DNA of 64,000 nt from Raillietiella orientalis (taxonomy: Eukaryota). Of this stretch, positions 10,744-24,369 are shown in pieces (within the stretch, counting starts at the first letter, position 1; each line of letters begins with the position of its first letter). The stretch spans positions 868,001 to 932,000 of the forward strand of contig JAYWIR010000019.1 in assembly GCA_036172245.1 (NCBI GenBank). Direction: 5' to 3'. The notes beneath the pieces are model-generated. The model ran no database searches and was not told the DNA's origin. It worked only from the letters and a program-made list of their open reading frames with translations. Made by a program: the position numbers and the translations under genes.

Positions 10744-13700
10744 TCACAGTGGAACTGAATCAGGAACATTATGTTTCCTAAGTTCACTGTTCCATCCACA
10801 AGACAGCAGACAATCCGTAACAGGACACCATGCAATCCCCCTGACAAAATTGCTGTGGCTATCTTGGTAACTGAAAGCATGTCACAATGCAGAGAAAAAT
10901 CCAACATTTATCCTTACTATGGTTTCTGCGACAGATCATTTATATCAATAACGTACAAAATGTTTTCATCACTACAGGTGGCTAAGAAATTGTTTCTGAA
11001 ACAGTAAAAGTAATGCATGAGATGTACACACTTTGCATGTTGTTTCCGTACACTTACTACTTTGCAAAACTAGAAAGCAGTAAAATCATAAAAACATTTA
11101 ATCTACCAAAGCTTTATTAAAGCATACTTGTTGTATGCTCACTCAACACTTTGGAAAAAATTTTCAACTTACTTACCTTTTGGGACTAAATGCTAAGCGA
11201 TGTATCCCTGCACCATGGAGTTTGTGCATGCCAAGTGGATCATTAATCATACGATCATCAACTTTACAGATTATACCCGTCATTGAGCCAAATGCTAAAT
11301 AGTGTTCTTCATTTGGTTGCCAAGAAACTGCAACAGGGCAGCAAATAGGATCATAGAATACACCTGCACATTACAAAACAAAAAAAACTCTAGCATTATT
11401 TAATAGGGCACCCAAAACTTACAAATTGCTGGTTTTGGAAGTCGTATATCCCATACACACAACCTTCCATCATGACCTCCAGAAAGGAACTTCTTTGGGT
11501 CCAGAGCATGACAATGCACAGAGTTTACACTGCTTGGATGAGCAGGCATGAAAGTTGATGTACATTTTAAACCATCAATATCCCAACATCTTATGCTGAA
11601 AAGAAAGTTTTGAAAAACAAAAAGCTACACGAATTCATTTTGGGAATTCTCAAACACTGATGCCTCGAATAGACATCAAATTCCGAATAAAAAACACTCC
11701 AAACACATAATCCCAAACCGAAATCCTGTACATAAGTTATTAGCCATGGTTAATCAAAGTAAGTTTAAGCATTCGTGAAAACCTAGTACATGGATTGCAT
11801 ATCTTAATTGTTAAATGATTTCGACAATAATCGAGGCGAGCAGTGTGTAGAATATCTTAAATTGGAATAACGAATGAAGAAAATAGAGTATTAGTCAAAT
11901 ATTGGAATGGTTTCATTAATCATCATCAACAAACACCTATCCTTTGGAGATACATGCCATTCACTTGTTTGAAAACGTGACTCATCGAAATTTCGATTCT
12001 GTACACTGTATGCGAGTGGAGGAGCCACAAACAAATACTGAAACATCAACGTGAGAAAGCTGTACCAACTGATAGTATAGTGTTTCTGGAAAAGCCAAAG
12101 GAAAAACACAACACAAAATGACTAGGTTTTGAAGCACACGTTTTGATGCAATAATCATAATTTTCGATATCATTTGCCTCCTCAAATCCATAGATACAAA
12201 CATGCAGCTGTTGGCCTAGAACAGGAAGATAGCTCTGATCCAGACATGCAAAGTTGAAATACTCCAATGGACACCAAAAGAATTCCTTGTAACCAAAGTT
12301 GACTTATTTTTGGATTGCTTTGTTTTGCACACAATAAAACGACGATTACACCGCGAAATAACAAAAGTTTCGAAATTCACCGTTTAAGTGCGAACTTTTC
12401 GATTTTAAAGGGATACTTAATCATGAAGCCTGTAAACCAAAAGCCTTGCTTGCAGCTTCTTGTCAAAAAGTTATGTACACATGAATGCAAGGAAAGTACA
12501 CCTGCGATACTTTTGATGCGAGTAGATAACTGCTTGCAATAAGTACACCTAAACAAGATGGAGGGGGGCCAGTAATTGCAAGATGGATCGAGATTCCTTT
12601 TTAGGCTTTCTTTGTGTGTGCAAGGTACACTGGGTAGGCTGTGTATACAGAGATATGCATCAAGGTTGAAGGTTTAGAAGCTGCAGCTACAAAAATTCAC
12701 TGGATACCTGAATCTGAAAGAATCACTAATTTGGGAGATAATAACCCTTTGACTAAAAAACTGGGAAAAATGACTGCGAAGAAAAATGCACATAAGTAAA
12801 AACACTACACGAGTACATACAAAGAAGCAACAGAAAATAATGTGTCAAGGCATATCAAAGATCTCTTAAAAAGACAATCAATTAAGAATACACGAAGTGA
12901 TTTTAAGCATACTTATGAGTACAAAATGAACCACCACATACGACTTTGCACATTAAACATCAGTAACAAAAAGAGATTCTCTACCCAGACAACTCAAAAG
13001 ATTAAACTGTATCCTGGTTCAAAAATCTGTCTGCAACAAGAATCCTAGCACAGGAAAATATATGCAATAAGAGCTTTGCAATCAATAGTGTGATTAAAGA
13101 TTCCAAAATCGTATTTAAACACTGCATAGATAAGTATTCCTTTGTCTGGCAACTTCACAAAAGCAAGAGAGAAATTTTCTTTTTGGTGCAGTCCAATCTG
13201 ATCCTTTACATGTCCCTTTCATCACTGTCTGCACGTATTTTTCCAGCCAGGAGTGCTTCCTGGCACACAACCTTTGATGAGAGAAATTTGCCATACAGCA
13301 ATCAATTCACATGAAGCATTCCTGCTGCACTTTTCACACAATGACTCACACTATGAAGGTTGCAACAACAAAAGCTACTCCTGCAGCACATGCTCAGCTA
13401 ATGCAACAGCATCTCTATATATCTGTAACACTTGGTAACAATGCCTTGAACATGAAATGGGAGAGAAATTTGAGGTAAAAAATGTAGAGACGGAGAAATT
13501 CTTAGCATGTCACATCCAATTGTGCATCATGCAGACATGTTTCTATTGCACTGCATTGGTTCATCCTTGCTCTGCAAACTGAGCTGGTGCAGCAACAACA
13601 AACGAATGTGAAAACTGATTTGCAGTCAGAAGCTCAAGTATTAAAGGAGTTAGTGTTTAAGTGTTAGATCATAAAACTTAAAACGGATGGAAGCAAAGAA

Positions 13701-15909
13701 AAAGCACCACACTTAACAAATCAAAGAACAAGTGTTTGAAATGTTACAAATATTTGACAATCTTTTGGGAAGGATCTGAATTCCAGCAAAAACTTTCAAG
13801 AAACGATTAAAACATCTAAACAGATAAAAGATTTGACAAAATAAAACAAAGGGCAAATGAAATGACAGTCATTTACAGAAAACACTGTGGAGAGCACACA
13901 AACAAAATGAAGACATACTCACTGTTTTGCAATGTTTCCAAACACAACATGAATTCTGCAGACTATTACAAAATAGTACGCATGAAACAAGCAGGAGTTA
14001 AGCTTATTTGAATGACTTAATTATCTGTACATATGCTTTTGTTGGAATTGCACTACTCCATAAGTTTTAAAACAATTTTCGATAAATTATAAATTTTCCA
14101 CTACTCTCTTAAAATTAGTGTCTCAGAAGAAGATTCTCCATAATTAAGAATCTGTTGTGAATCTTGTTTCCTAACAGTATGGTATTAATTATACTAAAAT
14201 AAGAAAAAATGACTTTAAATGCTTTCCCACAAAAAAATTCAACGCAATTCCAAAACAAAGAAAAATGTAACGTTCCAAAGATTTGCATAAAAACAGTGTA
14301 GGTGCATGGAGTGTATTACATGCTCAAAAGTTGGATAAAGTGGTGATCTCAGACCCAAAACTGATGAGCACTGCAAAAAGAGCTTGCTACCAACAATTCA
14401 ATAGAGCAGAGTAATTTGCTATTAAAAATACACTGAGGGCACCAACAAAAGGTTACAAATACTTTCAAACCTGCAAATACCACAAAACAAATGATTCAAA
14501 TGTAAAATTGATGTTTTTTTTTTAAATTAGAATTAGAATAAAATGAGAACGCATTATACAATATAATGGTTATGTGTCAGATTTCATTCTCAGTTTTTAT
14601 TAAAAATCAGTGGAGAAAGTTCGCAATGGGAAGAACAGATAAAAAGCTATTGTTGAACCAAGTTTCCAAGATGTCTCATTTTTCCAAAAAAATTAGACAG
14701 GCATCCACCTGTGCAGCAACTGTAAGTCTAAACACATAACAAAATAGCACAAAAAATGACTACTTGACATGGTGCTCCCTTTTTGTATCAAGACTTCTCT
14801 GACTGTAAATGAGCAAAGGAATGTCTGCTTCACTCAGCTGCAAAGGAATCAAGGGCTAACTATATATTTCCATGTCGCATCTGTTTATAAGAGTGACAAT
14901 CAAAAGTATTGAAGGACATACTGTACACTATAAACTCAGGAGAAACATTAAGTCCAAATGATCAAAACAGTACACAAAATTACTACTGTAATGTTAAATG
15001 AAACCTGAAACTTTGGGGGCTAAAAAAGGAATTGCAGTCAAACATTATAGATCCAAAAACTTGATGGGCAAAACCATAACAGTGAATATTAAAATACTGA
15101 TTGCCACTTCATGAACAGACTGTGTACAATTGAACCAGCACATGCATGCAATTAAACAAATGAAATATTCCACTATATTAAAGTATGCATACAATAGTTA
15201 CACTGACCTGCAATCTGAACTCGCCGAGACAATTAAGGAAAAGTCTGTGTTGACAGAAACTGCTTGAACACTATTATTATGTTCAGTTTTGCAACATAAT
15301 CTGTGTAAACGATCATTTTCTGCACCATCTGATAAAAATTGAAATATTTCAATGGTACCTGAATCTTCTCCTATACAAATCTTAAATAAAATTTGTTGAT
15401 TGTCTAACATGGAAACAGACACAAGTCAACATGCAAAATAAAAGAGAAACATACTTAACAAAACTAATTTAAAACAGCATACACTAAATACTAAGACCCT
15501 AAACAATTAATTTGCTTTTGCATGCAAACATATTTTACTCAATTGATTAAGCAGAAAACGCTTGCTGGCTTACCTTATCACTCCCTACATACTCCACATC
15601 TGTCAACCCGGTGCTGGTCTGAATCATGGAATTATACGGCTTTGCATCTAATTCATCAGGATTTAAAATGCATGCAGAGCCACTCCAATATCGTCCGTTT
15701 AAATTGGAAGAGGCAAGTATAATTTTCCCATCTATATGCAATAGTTACTTTACTTGATTGCAAAAAATAGAAATCAATCAAAAAATCATCATACCAGGTG
15801 TACACTTCACAGCATCAAAAAACGGTTCCATTGTCCAATACTGTCTCGTAGGATTTTCAACTTCAAGCCATTCATTTTCATTTTCATCATCGACTGACGA
15901 TTTCCCCAT
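10744..15909 (-). CDS. WDR77: Methylosome protein 50 (MEP50/WDR77, valois-like), WD40
   Basis: Seven phase-compatible exons (15795-15909, 15574-15731, 15208-15380, 11423-11595, ~11177-11363, ~10918-10995, 10744-~10870). They encode DGKIILASSNLNGRYWSGS, GEDSGTIEIF...EHNNSVQAVSV...VSASSDCRSIRCWD, FLSGGHDGRLCVWDIRLPKPA and SHSNFVRGIAW...LLSCGWNSEL. Intron 3 is about 3.6 kb. Confidence 0.92.
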
Positions 15910-16489
15910 CTTTGTGTTATGCTAACCTGACGCACGTCTGCCGCAGCTTCTCTACCTCCTTTCCGGACTTTCGCCAATTGCTTCCTGTAGAGTTGCCAAA
16001 ATGGAACCTTGCAGGCTTCAGGTCTAATAGAAAATATACTTCTAATTAATGCACATTGTTCACTCTGAAAGATCAACAAATTAGTTTGCATATGAATAAA
16101 GTTGAAACATTTTATCATAATTAGTTTCATAAGTCATGTTTTTTCGTATGCAGCATCTTGTTGACTGATTCCTCCTATATAAACATTTGTGTGAACATGA
16201 TATCACAGAAATCTTACTATAATAAGGTGTGCATGAGAAGTGTGGATGCTTTAGAAATGAAATACAAGAAATATTCGTAAAATCACAGCAAAATTCCATG
16301 TTTAATGTTTTCATCAAATCAACAACCTCAAGTAAAACACACAGAAGATAGTAAATCAGATAGCAGATATGCGTAAAACAGAATGTACGTTTATAGGATA
16401 ATAGTCAAAAGATATTTCAATGCTAAAATAAAAATTCCAATGGTAATTGAAAATTTGAATTCATTCAGAGCTTATATTTTAATTCAGTT

Positions 16490-16740
16490 GACCGAAGGAT
16501 CCCTTCCGTTGCCCCACCCCCTTACATTTTAAACCTTTTTTTTTTTGTTGGGTTCTTTTTTTTTTTTTTATTGCCCTTTCCCCTCACTTTTTCCTGCACA
16601 AAGCTTTTTCCGGAAAGCTACTGCCGAGTAGCGACTTCCTCCGGGAACTGACGAAGACGTGGGATTTTCCTCCTTCCGCGGACCAACGGCTTTTTCTTTT
16701 CACACCGAACGCTTTGTTCCAATCATAGTGTTACGTAATA
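16490..16740 (+). mobile_element. Probable 3'-UTR remnant of a Tx1-like element
   Basis: Starts gaccgaaggatcccttcc, then C-rich and T-rich tracts and a long hairpin, as in the other 3' UTRs. Orientation is uncertain because the T-run could instead be the poly-A of the adjacent minus-strand element. Confidence 0.4.
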
Positions 16741-16744
16741 CACT

Positions 16745-19700
16745 CTACGGAAGGATGGGATGGAAACACGTGGCGAACACTGAAAAGAATGCTGGCGATC
16801 TCATGACAGAAATTCAGGAACAGCAGGCCACAAGAGGTCCGTCAGACTGGGCGGGTGGCCAGGTCATTTCCATGGGTCCCAGCATGATCTTCCTGGTTCA
16901 CGCAGCCAAACGCCCTCCACAGGGTCGACTGAGACCTCCAGGTCTCCCGAGGATTATTCAGCATCCCCTGGTCTCTTTGCGAGCCCACCTGATGCGAACC
17001 AGGACTGTACGAAGAGGCGTGCCCATGACCAGACACGGGAACCGCGTGGGACCGTTCTGGGCCGATCGAGGAGCCATCCCCCTCCTCCCACCCGCGTGTC
17101 GTCCGGAGTTTCGAGGGCCACTCTACCTCTGAGCCCTCCGGGGTGATGGAACGCCGGTCTCTGAGGCCGCACAAGTCGCCCGACCCCCTTAGGAAGCTGA
17201 GCGGAAGGGATCGGGGACACCTCCCGCCGTCTCCCTCATGGCGAAAGGTCGCACCAGTCTGCCATGCCTGACGCTCGGCTGATGCCCTGCAGGCGGCCGG
17301 TCCGCGAGCGGCCGGTTCGTCCAGCCTGAAGGGACGCGAGGTGGCGCTGATCCTTCCCCATCTCCCCGAAGACTCTCGGAAGCGGACGGAAAGCTTGACC
17401 GAGGTGCCGCGTGTACCGGCTCTGGAGAGGTTCCAGTCCTGGAAGCTGCAAATTAGCCGGTTCAAGGGGCGCAAGAGCTCTCTCGTTTCGGCGCGACTCA
17501 ACCAGACCCGGGGCGTCTCCTCCCGCCTCGGCTTCCCACCCACGAAGCGGCAGGCGAGCGTTCGGGAAAAGAAGTCCGTCCATTCCCCCCCGGCGGCGCT
17601 AAAAACGTTGGGAAGCTGCATGCCTTCTAGCATACGCGCCTCTCCCTCGAAGGGCTTTCCCGCGTGGTGGTAGGCTGCAATCCCCCGCCGCCGGATGTGC
17701 CGCGCCGCGGTCGGGGGTCTTCCAATCCCCCGACGAAACCGCAGCAGCGCCCTCCAGACGCGGAACACCGGCGCGTAAGCGCTTGCAGGTCGACCTTGAC
17801 CGGCCCTTCCCCCCGGCGGCCTCGTCGAACCCGAAACCTTTTTTTTTTTTTTCCCCGGTAAGGCCGCTTCTTCTCGCACATTTGAGACGCCACGCCAGAA
17901 CACGGGGGGGAGGGGCAATGGGCACTTCCTTCCTCTCGCCGCCTTCCCGGAGAGCGGACGATATCCCCCCCGTGTTGGAACACCTCGATGTTCTCGGCTA
18001 GCTGGCCGCTCGAAGTGCTTGAACGATCTCAGGTGTGGACATCGACCTCGAACCCCATGACGGACTGCCGCCGCGGCGGTTATGGGGCTGCAGATCGGGT
18101 CGCGCATGGCGCCAGGCATCGCGGGTTCGAATCCCGCTGGGACAGAAGGATCGATGCCAAGAAATGGGAGGGGGGAGGAGGGTCGTGGATTTCGAGGACC
18201 CCCCTTCTTCCCCCGCCAGATGATTCTGGCTGGCCTATTCGGGTGCAGCGGCACTGGTGGAAGCCGGATGATCCCGTTGACCGGCCTGGATGGAAAGTTG
18301 ACCCTCCGGGGTCCTTCCAGGATTCGAGAAGTGTTCCCCACCGGTTGTGAAAAGGAAGCGTTCTTCCTCCCAGGGAGGACCTTCCACCATGGAGATGGCC
18401 GATACCCCCTTCGGGGAGTTCCACAGTGCCACTCCCTTCCAGAAGGCGCCCTCCAGCGAAAGCGTTCCTCCGGGGAGGAAAGAAGAAGCGACTCCCTTCC
18501 GGATACCCTCTGGAGACAACCAGGTCGAGAGTTCCCATAGGGAGACCGCTCTGGAGAAGGTCAGGGTGACCATGGCCTTCGGGGTCCCCTCCGGAGACAA
18601 CCAGGGCGACAATGACCTTCAGTGTTCCCTCCGGAGATAACCACGGCGACGGTGACCTTCGGTGTTCCCTCCCAAGCGTAAGAGGAACGGACTCCTTCCC
18701 CCGGAGCCTTCCTAAATTCATAGGGTGATCCCTACGTGGCTACCCCCTACAACTTGAAGAGTTACGCGCATCCTCTGGTGGTAGGGACAGTGTTTGAAGA
18801 GCTTCGTGATCCCTCTCCCCCGAGGAGGCGCACGGTTTTTCGGTACTTAGCGAAAGTGAGGAGAGGCCAAGATTCCGGTGACCGTGAGGGGCTCATCCGG
18901 CCGGTTGGAAACCTGCTCGTAGTGGCCTCAAGGCGCAATCTTTGTCAGGAGGCGACCTGGCGCTGCAAACGGGAGCGATGCTTTCTTGCTGCGCGTCGTG
19001 CGGGCGCCATCGAGGAGCGCACTCGGAACCTTGGTGTTTGAAAGGCCTACTGCGTCGGGTTGCCAGGTCTGCCCCCTCTCTCTGCCAACGCAGCGCCAGG
19101 CGCCTGATGCACGGGCTTGGAGAAAGGCGCAGGAAAGCCTTTCTGCGCTCCCGACCTTCGGAAAAGCCCGTTTGGGGAAGACGCGGAGGACGCCACGCAC
19201 GGAATCTTTAGACTTATCCCTGCGTGTCTTTCAGTGCTGATAGAAAAGCCCACCTAGAAGGTCCAAAACTCTTGCCGTCCTTCCAGCTGGTTCGACCCCG
19301 CCATCAGGTGCCCTCGAGACCTTTATTTCGTCCACCTCCCGGGCGGAAGGAAATCGAGCGCGACCCTGGAGTGTTCCAACAGAGTAGAGCGGTATTCATC
19401 CCCTCCTCTTCACTCGTGGAAACACAGGTGACCGTCAAGAAGCACGCGGCCCATAAAAAGTCGGCTACCCCTAGCGTAGAGTGCACACAACACGCTGCCC
19501 TTGAGTCCCGGCTCAGGATTCGTGCCCCATCTGAGAGCAGGTGAAACGTTGAAATCACCCACCGTAGAATGGGTGAACCCCGAGCAGGCCAAATAAAACC
19601 AGCATTTCCAGTGTTTTTTCGAAAGCTCCAATCTTCCCGCGCAGAGTTGGAAGTTGCGCAACGCAGAAATATGTTCGCTACAGCGAGGGCAGACCACCTC

Positions 19701-19860
19701 TGCCTCAAGCCATTCTACAGCTCTCTATTTCTCACGCCCATTCGAAGTCGCACATCCCTGCACGATCTGCCTGATCCCAGGGAGTCTTCCGGATGGACTT
19801 CTGCTTTGTTCTCGAAGCATCAGCTTCCAGCGATGCATATAAAGGTGGAGCGGCCACACT
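16745..19860 (-). mobile_element. Degenerate Tx1/L1-like ORF2 (APE endonuclease, partial RT, C-terminal region)
   Basis: Frameshifted motifs in the expected order on the minus strand: VANIF, VGDFNV (~19550), WNTPGSR(L)DF, GARTTRS, RKAPGEG (~18700), WKGVALWNS, RVNF, PFLGID, RGIG, and a CG-containing C-terminal region. Confidence 0.72.
18561..18672. repeat. 40-bp tandem repeat, about 2.8 copies, inside the retroelement
   Basis: Units start at 18561, 18601 and 18641 (ccagggcgac-aatgaccttc-agtgttccct-ccggagataa). Confidence 0.9.
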
Positions 19861-20337
19861 AACCAGCGGTGTCCATCCGCACACTTCGCCGTAATTCTGG
19901 CACCACTTCGTCCTCACCAAGTACTAAAGAGAAGTCCAAAATCTCCGCAACTTCTCAAACTAGATAGCCATCTCCAGGACGCTGCCAGGTGCAGTTCTGA
20001 TAGATCAACTTGAGTATTCGAACAACCTGACTAGGTTTTGGAGTATCTCTTGCGAACTCATTCTGTTAATGAGCCCTCCTCCCGAATGAGATGCAAGATC
20101 TCGCCATTTTCAACTTTAGGTTCTGTCAGTGACTGCTGTTGTGATTCGAAAGTCGTTCCAGTGTACGCAGTTGCCAGTGTATCCGCTACACACGTGCTGC
20201 GAAGCCGAGCGACACGCATGTAGAAGAACAAATTGCAGCTCGCGTGCAGAGTGCTGCCAGCCTGCTTGCGGCTGCGTCCCGTTGCGCAGCAACTGCATGT
20301 CCTGCGTGTGGAGTGAAAAGCGGGTGAAACGTTCGTT

Positions 20338-21902
20338 ATGGATGCTATTCACAGGCCGGAAGGCAAAAGTTGGATTTCCGAAAAGATTAACATAAGAGAA
20401 ACGTTTGAACAGTTCCGGAGTATTCTGAAATCCGAAGAAAACAATTGCACTACGAGTAGTGCCGATCCAGCCTCGAAGATGCATTTGAGCGCCGAACTTT
20501 TCGAGGAATTGAAGTTTGTTTGCAGGTAATGATATGTTTGGCGTACATAAGTGTTTAAATTTGATTCTGAAAGTGCTACTCATCTGAATGTGCCAAATGA
20601 GCCCGAGAAGTTTGATGTGCAGTTGAATCGCAAAAAGTCAGTCCTCAGAGAGTTTGATTTGAACTTCAAAATGACAGAAATTCCTGATGAAGGTAGACTT
20701 AATTTGGCAACTTTGGAGTATCAAGCTAAGGAGATTGAAAAACAAAAGAATCAAATGTATAAACCTTACAATGTCCTTAGTGCCCACAATCCAACGATTG
20801 AAAAACTTGTAAGTATATGAATGGTTCCCTGAGATAAGTTGACCTTGTTAAGTAAGTTAGGTGTTAAGAGGACCCTTGTATTCTTGTGCTAGCAATGGAT
20901 GTAATGTGTCAGTTACTATTTTTACACATGCAATTTCAGAATGTGAGGGATAAGTATGCCGCCTATCATACATATAGATCATTGCAAAAACCTGTTTATT
21001 CCACGAGAAATGTCATTTGCCATATACGTTGTTTCAAACCATCAGCAAAATTGTTCGAAAAAAGACCAAAAAGGTAAGAATGATGTGTTCGTGCAGGTTA
21101 CTACGTATGTGCAAATTTCAGATTTCCCAAAGTTGATTTTGATATTCTATTATTATGTACTCAGAAAATTAGTGATCTTAAACTCTTGATCCGTTGTCCT
21201 TCCGATAATGTTTGCATATCCGAAAATGGCCATTTATTATCGAAGGTAACATTCCACCAATTTTATTTTAACTTGAAGTATTTCAGGATGTTTATAAAGG
21301 TGGCTTTATTTTTATTGAAAATACATTTTATAATGATATGAGTCATGCAGATGCTCCTGATTATAGTCAAGTGATTCAGGAGTGGTGTAAAAAGAAAAAC
21401 TTAGGACCATTTAGTACTTTATCCATGGATGTTTGCATATCCGATTTAACAGTTCGATTAGGATATCCATATGTGTATGTGCATCAAGGAAATTGTGAAC
21501 ATATGTTCACGTTCACAGATATAGGGTATTATATTTTGAAATTTAAATTTGCTCCAAAGTTTGCAGAGTAGTTTTCAGAGTACATTGGAACCTTATGCTA
21601 CTAATGCCTTTCCTATACTGTTATATTTTCGTCCTGCCAGACCAACAGGATGTATGATCTGTGGAGTGTACAATGCAAAGTGAGATTTATTAAGTAGTGA
21701 AACTGCTATGTATGTATTTCCTATGTTTAGATGGGTAACTTTTAACAATATGAGGGTAACCGAAACACCATACTTTTTTTGTGATGAATGCTTTAAGCAT
21801 TTCAATTTCACCAAAGATGGTTCAAAGATTGGAGAGTTCAGCTACTTGCAATATGGAGAAAGCCTTGCGAGAACTTCATTTAGTTCCTCAGAAAAGTGGT
21901 AA
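20338..21902 (+). CDS. SNAPC3: snRNA-activating protein complex subunit 3 (SNAP50/Pbp49)
   Basis: Seven exons with mostly 41-51-nt introns. They encode GGFIFIENTFYND...DYSQVIQEW...LTVRLGYPYVYVHQGNCEHMFTFTDI and CMICGVYNAKWVT...PYFFCDECFKHFNFTKDGSKIGEF (SNAP50 zinc-binding region). The exact acceptor near 21567-21572 is ambiguous. Confidence 0.93.
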
Positions 21903-23899
21903 TAATTGCCTTTAATCTCAGTATTGTATACCAATTTCAATTTTGTTTAGATGTAAACATTGCTTAAAATACTTTTGCATGAAATGGCACACATGTAATC
22001 AAACATCAGAGAACAATCTTGTTCAGAACTTAATTTTTGAGCATACCTAATATTTCAGTTTCTTTTGTTAGATTTTCATTAGTAGAGCTCATTTGTCCAA
22101 TACAGTTATGAAGGCAATGAGGAGAAGAAGGAAAAAAAGGTTGAAAAATCTCCAAGTTCACTAAGGTATTTTGCCTTGGTAAACTTGGAGATTCCTACAG
22201 CCTAACTTTTGAAGTTCATTATTTTGAAAAGTACCTTATTAGAATTTTTATGAAATAGCAAGTCACAGAGACTGTAATTATGGAAAGTACCTGAGCCTTT
22301 AATTTTATCTTCCTGTCAATTCTTTGGTGAATACACAATTGGAACACAAGTTCAATCTTGATGAAAGGGAACTGGGAATCAATTTGACTTTCAGAATCAT
22401 AAGAGTTTAGAAACAAGTGGGGGGAAAAAAAAACTGCCTTTACTATTTGATGTGTTGCAGTTGGTTGTACTTCAATTGTGTTTATTATCTTAGCATGCAC
22501 AGTGTTTGACCATGAATCAGACTGATAACCCGTAGGTTGTCATATTTTAATTGGTGCTTCCTTTAGACACTGCTAATTAAGCATTCACGAAATGAAAGTA
22601 ATTTGCACATCTACCAAAGCACTTAATTCGTTGTCTAGATTTTTTTAATTGTGAATGCTGTAAACGTTGTGTTTATTTGGACTTCCAGAAGAAATGAAAA
22701 TCTTATTGACCAAAGGCAGTGATGCATAACTCGTAACCATTAAAGTTTCCACAAGAATATGAATCCGGAGAATTCATGCATTCCAAAGTGAAGTCTGAAT
22801 ATCATTCAACAACTGTAGTTTTAGAAGAAATACACATTAACATAGAAAGTTGACGTGTATATATATATATTGTGATTTCCTTTCGATTGCTCATTTATTT
22901 ATGTCAGGAATGCTTTGAGGTGATCATTTGGGAAGGTACTTCTTCATTTGAGAAGGATTTTTTCATCTCCAGAGATGGTCACGCAGTTTTGCAGCACGAA
23001 CACAGAACTGCCTTTGATAATCGAATCTACGGTAACCAATTACGGTAATCCAAGAGTCGTAGAAGTGCACTGATGATGATGTCATCAAAGCAGTAAGGGA
23101 TTTCGTCCCACAGTCATAAGATCTGCCTGTAAAGATGTATTCAAGTTATTGTCCCCATTAATTAGTAGTTCTCAACGGAATTAAAGTGGATTAAAGAGGA
23201 AATAACAAGGATTAAGTTTCAAAAGAGCTCAGTTGACATTCTACATGACGACATGGCTTAATTGGAAATGAGCGGCCATCAACTAATGTGCTTGGTAAAA
23301 CTGCCGACTTTTATCCGGTGATCCGTGAAAATTACCCGGATGCTGCCCGTTATGCGTATACACACAAATCACCAATTGGAATCCCTCAATGCCGTTCGAA
23401 AGATCCCTATAGACGAGGCATTTCTCATCTCGCATTAGCATCACCGAAAATGCCGCAGCGTCCACTGATTTGAGCAAAGGAAAATGAGCTTCCATGCCAA
23501 GCACGAAACACGCATGGTGCAGCGTCGTCCAGAGTTGACCCCGTTTTCCAAGAAGTTGGTGAGGGAAGGTCTCATTTTTTGCTTTGTGACCGACATCGAT
23601 GAAGTGCGGCGGTAGATCGTATGGTGGCACCAAGAAAGGGAACGAGAACGGGAAGATATCTGGAAAAGGTAAGGCAGGAGCTTTTGCGTTGTAATAAAGA
23701 AATTCAGAAAACAGTATTTGTGTTCCTTAACACAATCATTCACGGAATCGGGGGGATTTTGAGATCCAGGGAAGAGACCCTGCTGGTTCGTCAGTTGCTA
23801 GCGGTCACCTCCGGATCGGATGTTGGAAAAAGAATTTAGCAATTTGAGGTCGGCTTTCCGCCGGGACAGTCGATCCAAATATCGCCCATTCCGTGCCGG

Positions 23900-24300
23900 A
23901 ACAGAGGTGGCGTTAGAATGGGGACCACATTGAGGTGATAATTGCGTCCCACTTTGAAGGCATCAGAATAAATTTAATGTGGTTGCGGTGCGTACACGCG
24001 CCCGGGATGTCACAGTTGGTTTATGGGACCTACGGGGAGTGCTTCTACTTGCCAACCAGGTGCTGTTCGAACGGTGCTCAGAGCGATGCTTTCGGTGCTA
24101 CAAGACAGATGGAAATTCTTCGGCCAGAAGAATGCTTTGCAGAATCGAATGTGCTTGCCCGCAGAAGATTTCCAAAATCCCATCTGGCACGTTTAGCTGA
24201 GCGTTTGTGGGGGATCAAGGAAACAACTGCCCCCCCACCCCTCAAGCTGTTGACTCAGCCGGTGTCTACCAGAGCGTGCAGCAGCGTTTCGTTTCGAAAA
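23900..24300 (+). mobile_element. Possible decayed gag/ORF1 zinc-knuckle region of a LINE
   Basis: RCFRCYK...ARECFAESNV...HLAR pattern read across frameshifts. Confidence 0.3.
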
Positions 24301-24369
24301 TTCCCTCCTGCCTTCCTACTGCCTTAACGCGAAGCCAGAAGGGAATACACACACACGAAAAAAAAATTC

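Noticed and set aside
16613..16654. Hammerhead-ribozyme-like arrangement GAAA-GCTACT(gccg)AGTAGC-GAC-TTCC(tccg)GGAA-CTGACGA
   Set aside because: The cleavage junction is GAC rather than U-H and no stem II can be formed. An alternative long hairpin (TTTCCGGA/TCCGGGAA) explains the sequence. An Rfam/Infernal search would settle it.
18121..18137. Perfect tRNA T-arm/B-box GCGGG-TTCGAAT-CCCGC
   Set aside because: No acceptor, D or anticodon arms are present. It lies antisense inside retroelement ORF2 and is not preserved in the homologous copies.
16842..18341. 499-aa ORF and similar long Arg/Pro/Gly-rich ORFs (24207-25181, 26378-27313, 39701-40693, 40907-42085, 50925-52250, 56226-57209) as novel genes
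   Set aside because: These are explained by stop-codon scarcity in GC-rich or low-complexity DNA. They overlap frameshifted TE relics, introns or antisense strands of real genes.
18561..18672. 40-bp repeats as a CRISPR array
   Set aside because: The units are head to tail with no unique spacers, there are no cas genes, and the context is eukaryotic.
23283..23900. Endogenous viral or kinase-like fragment (LVYRDLS)
   Set aside because: A single short motif with no other conserved kinase or viral signature.
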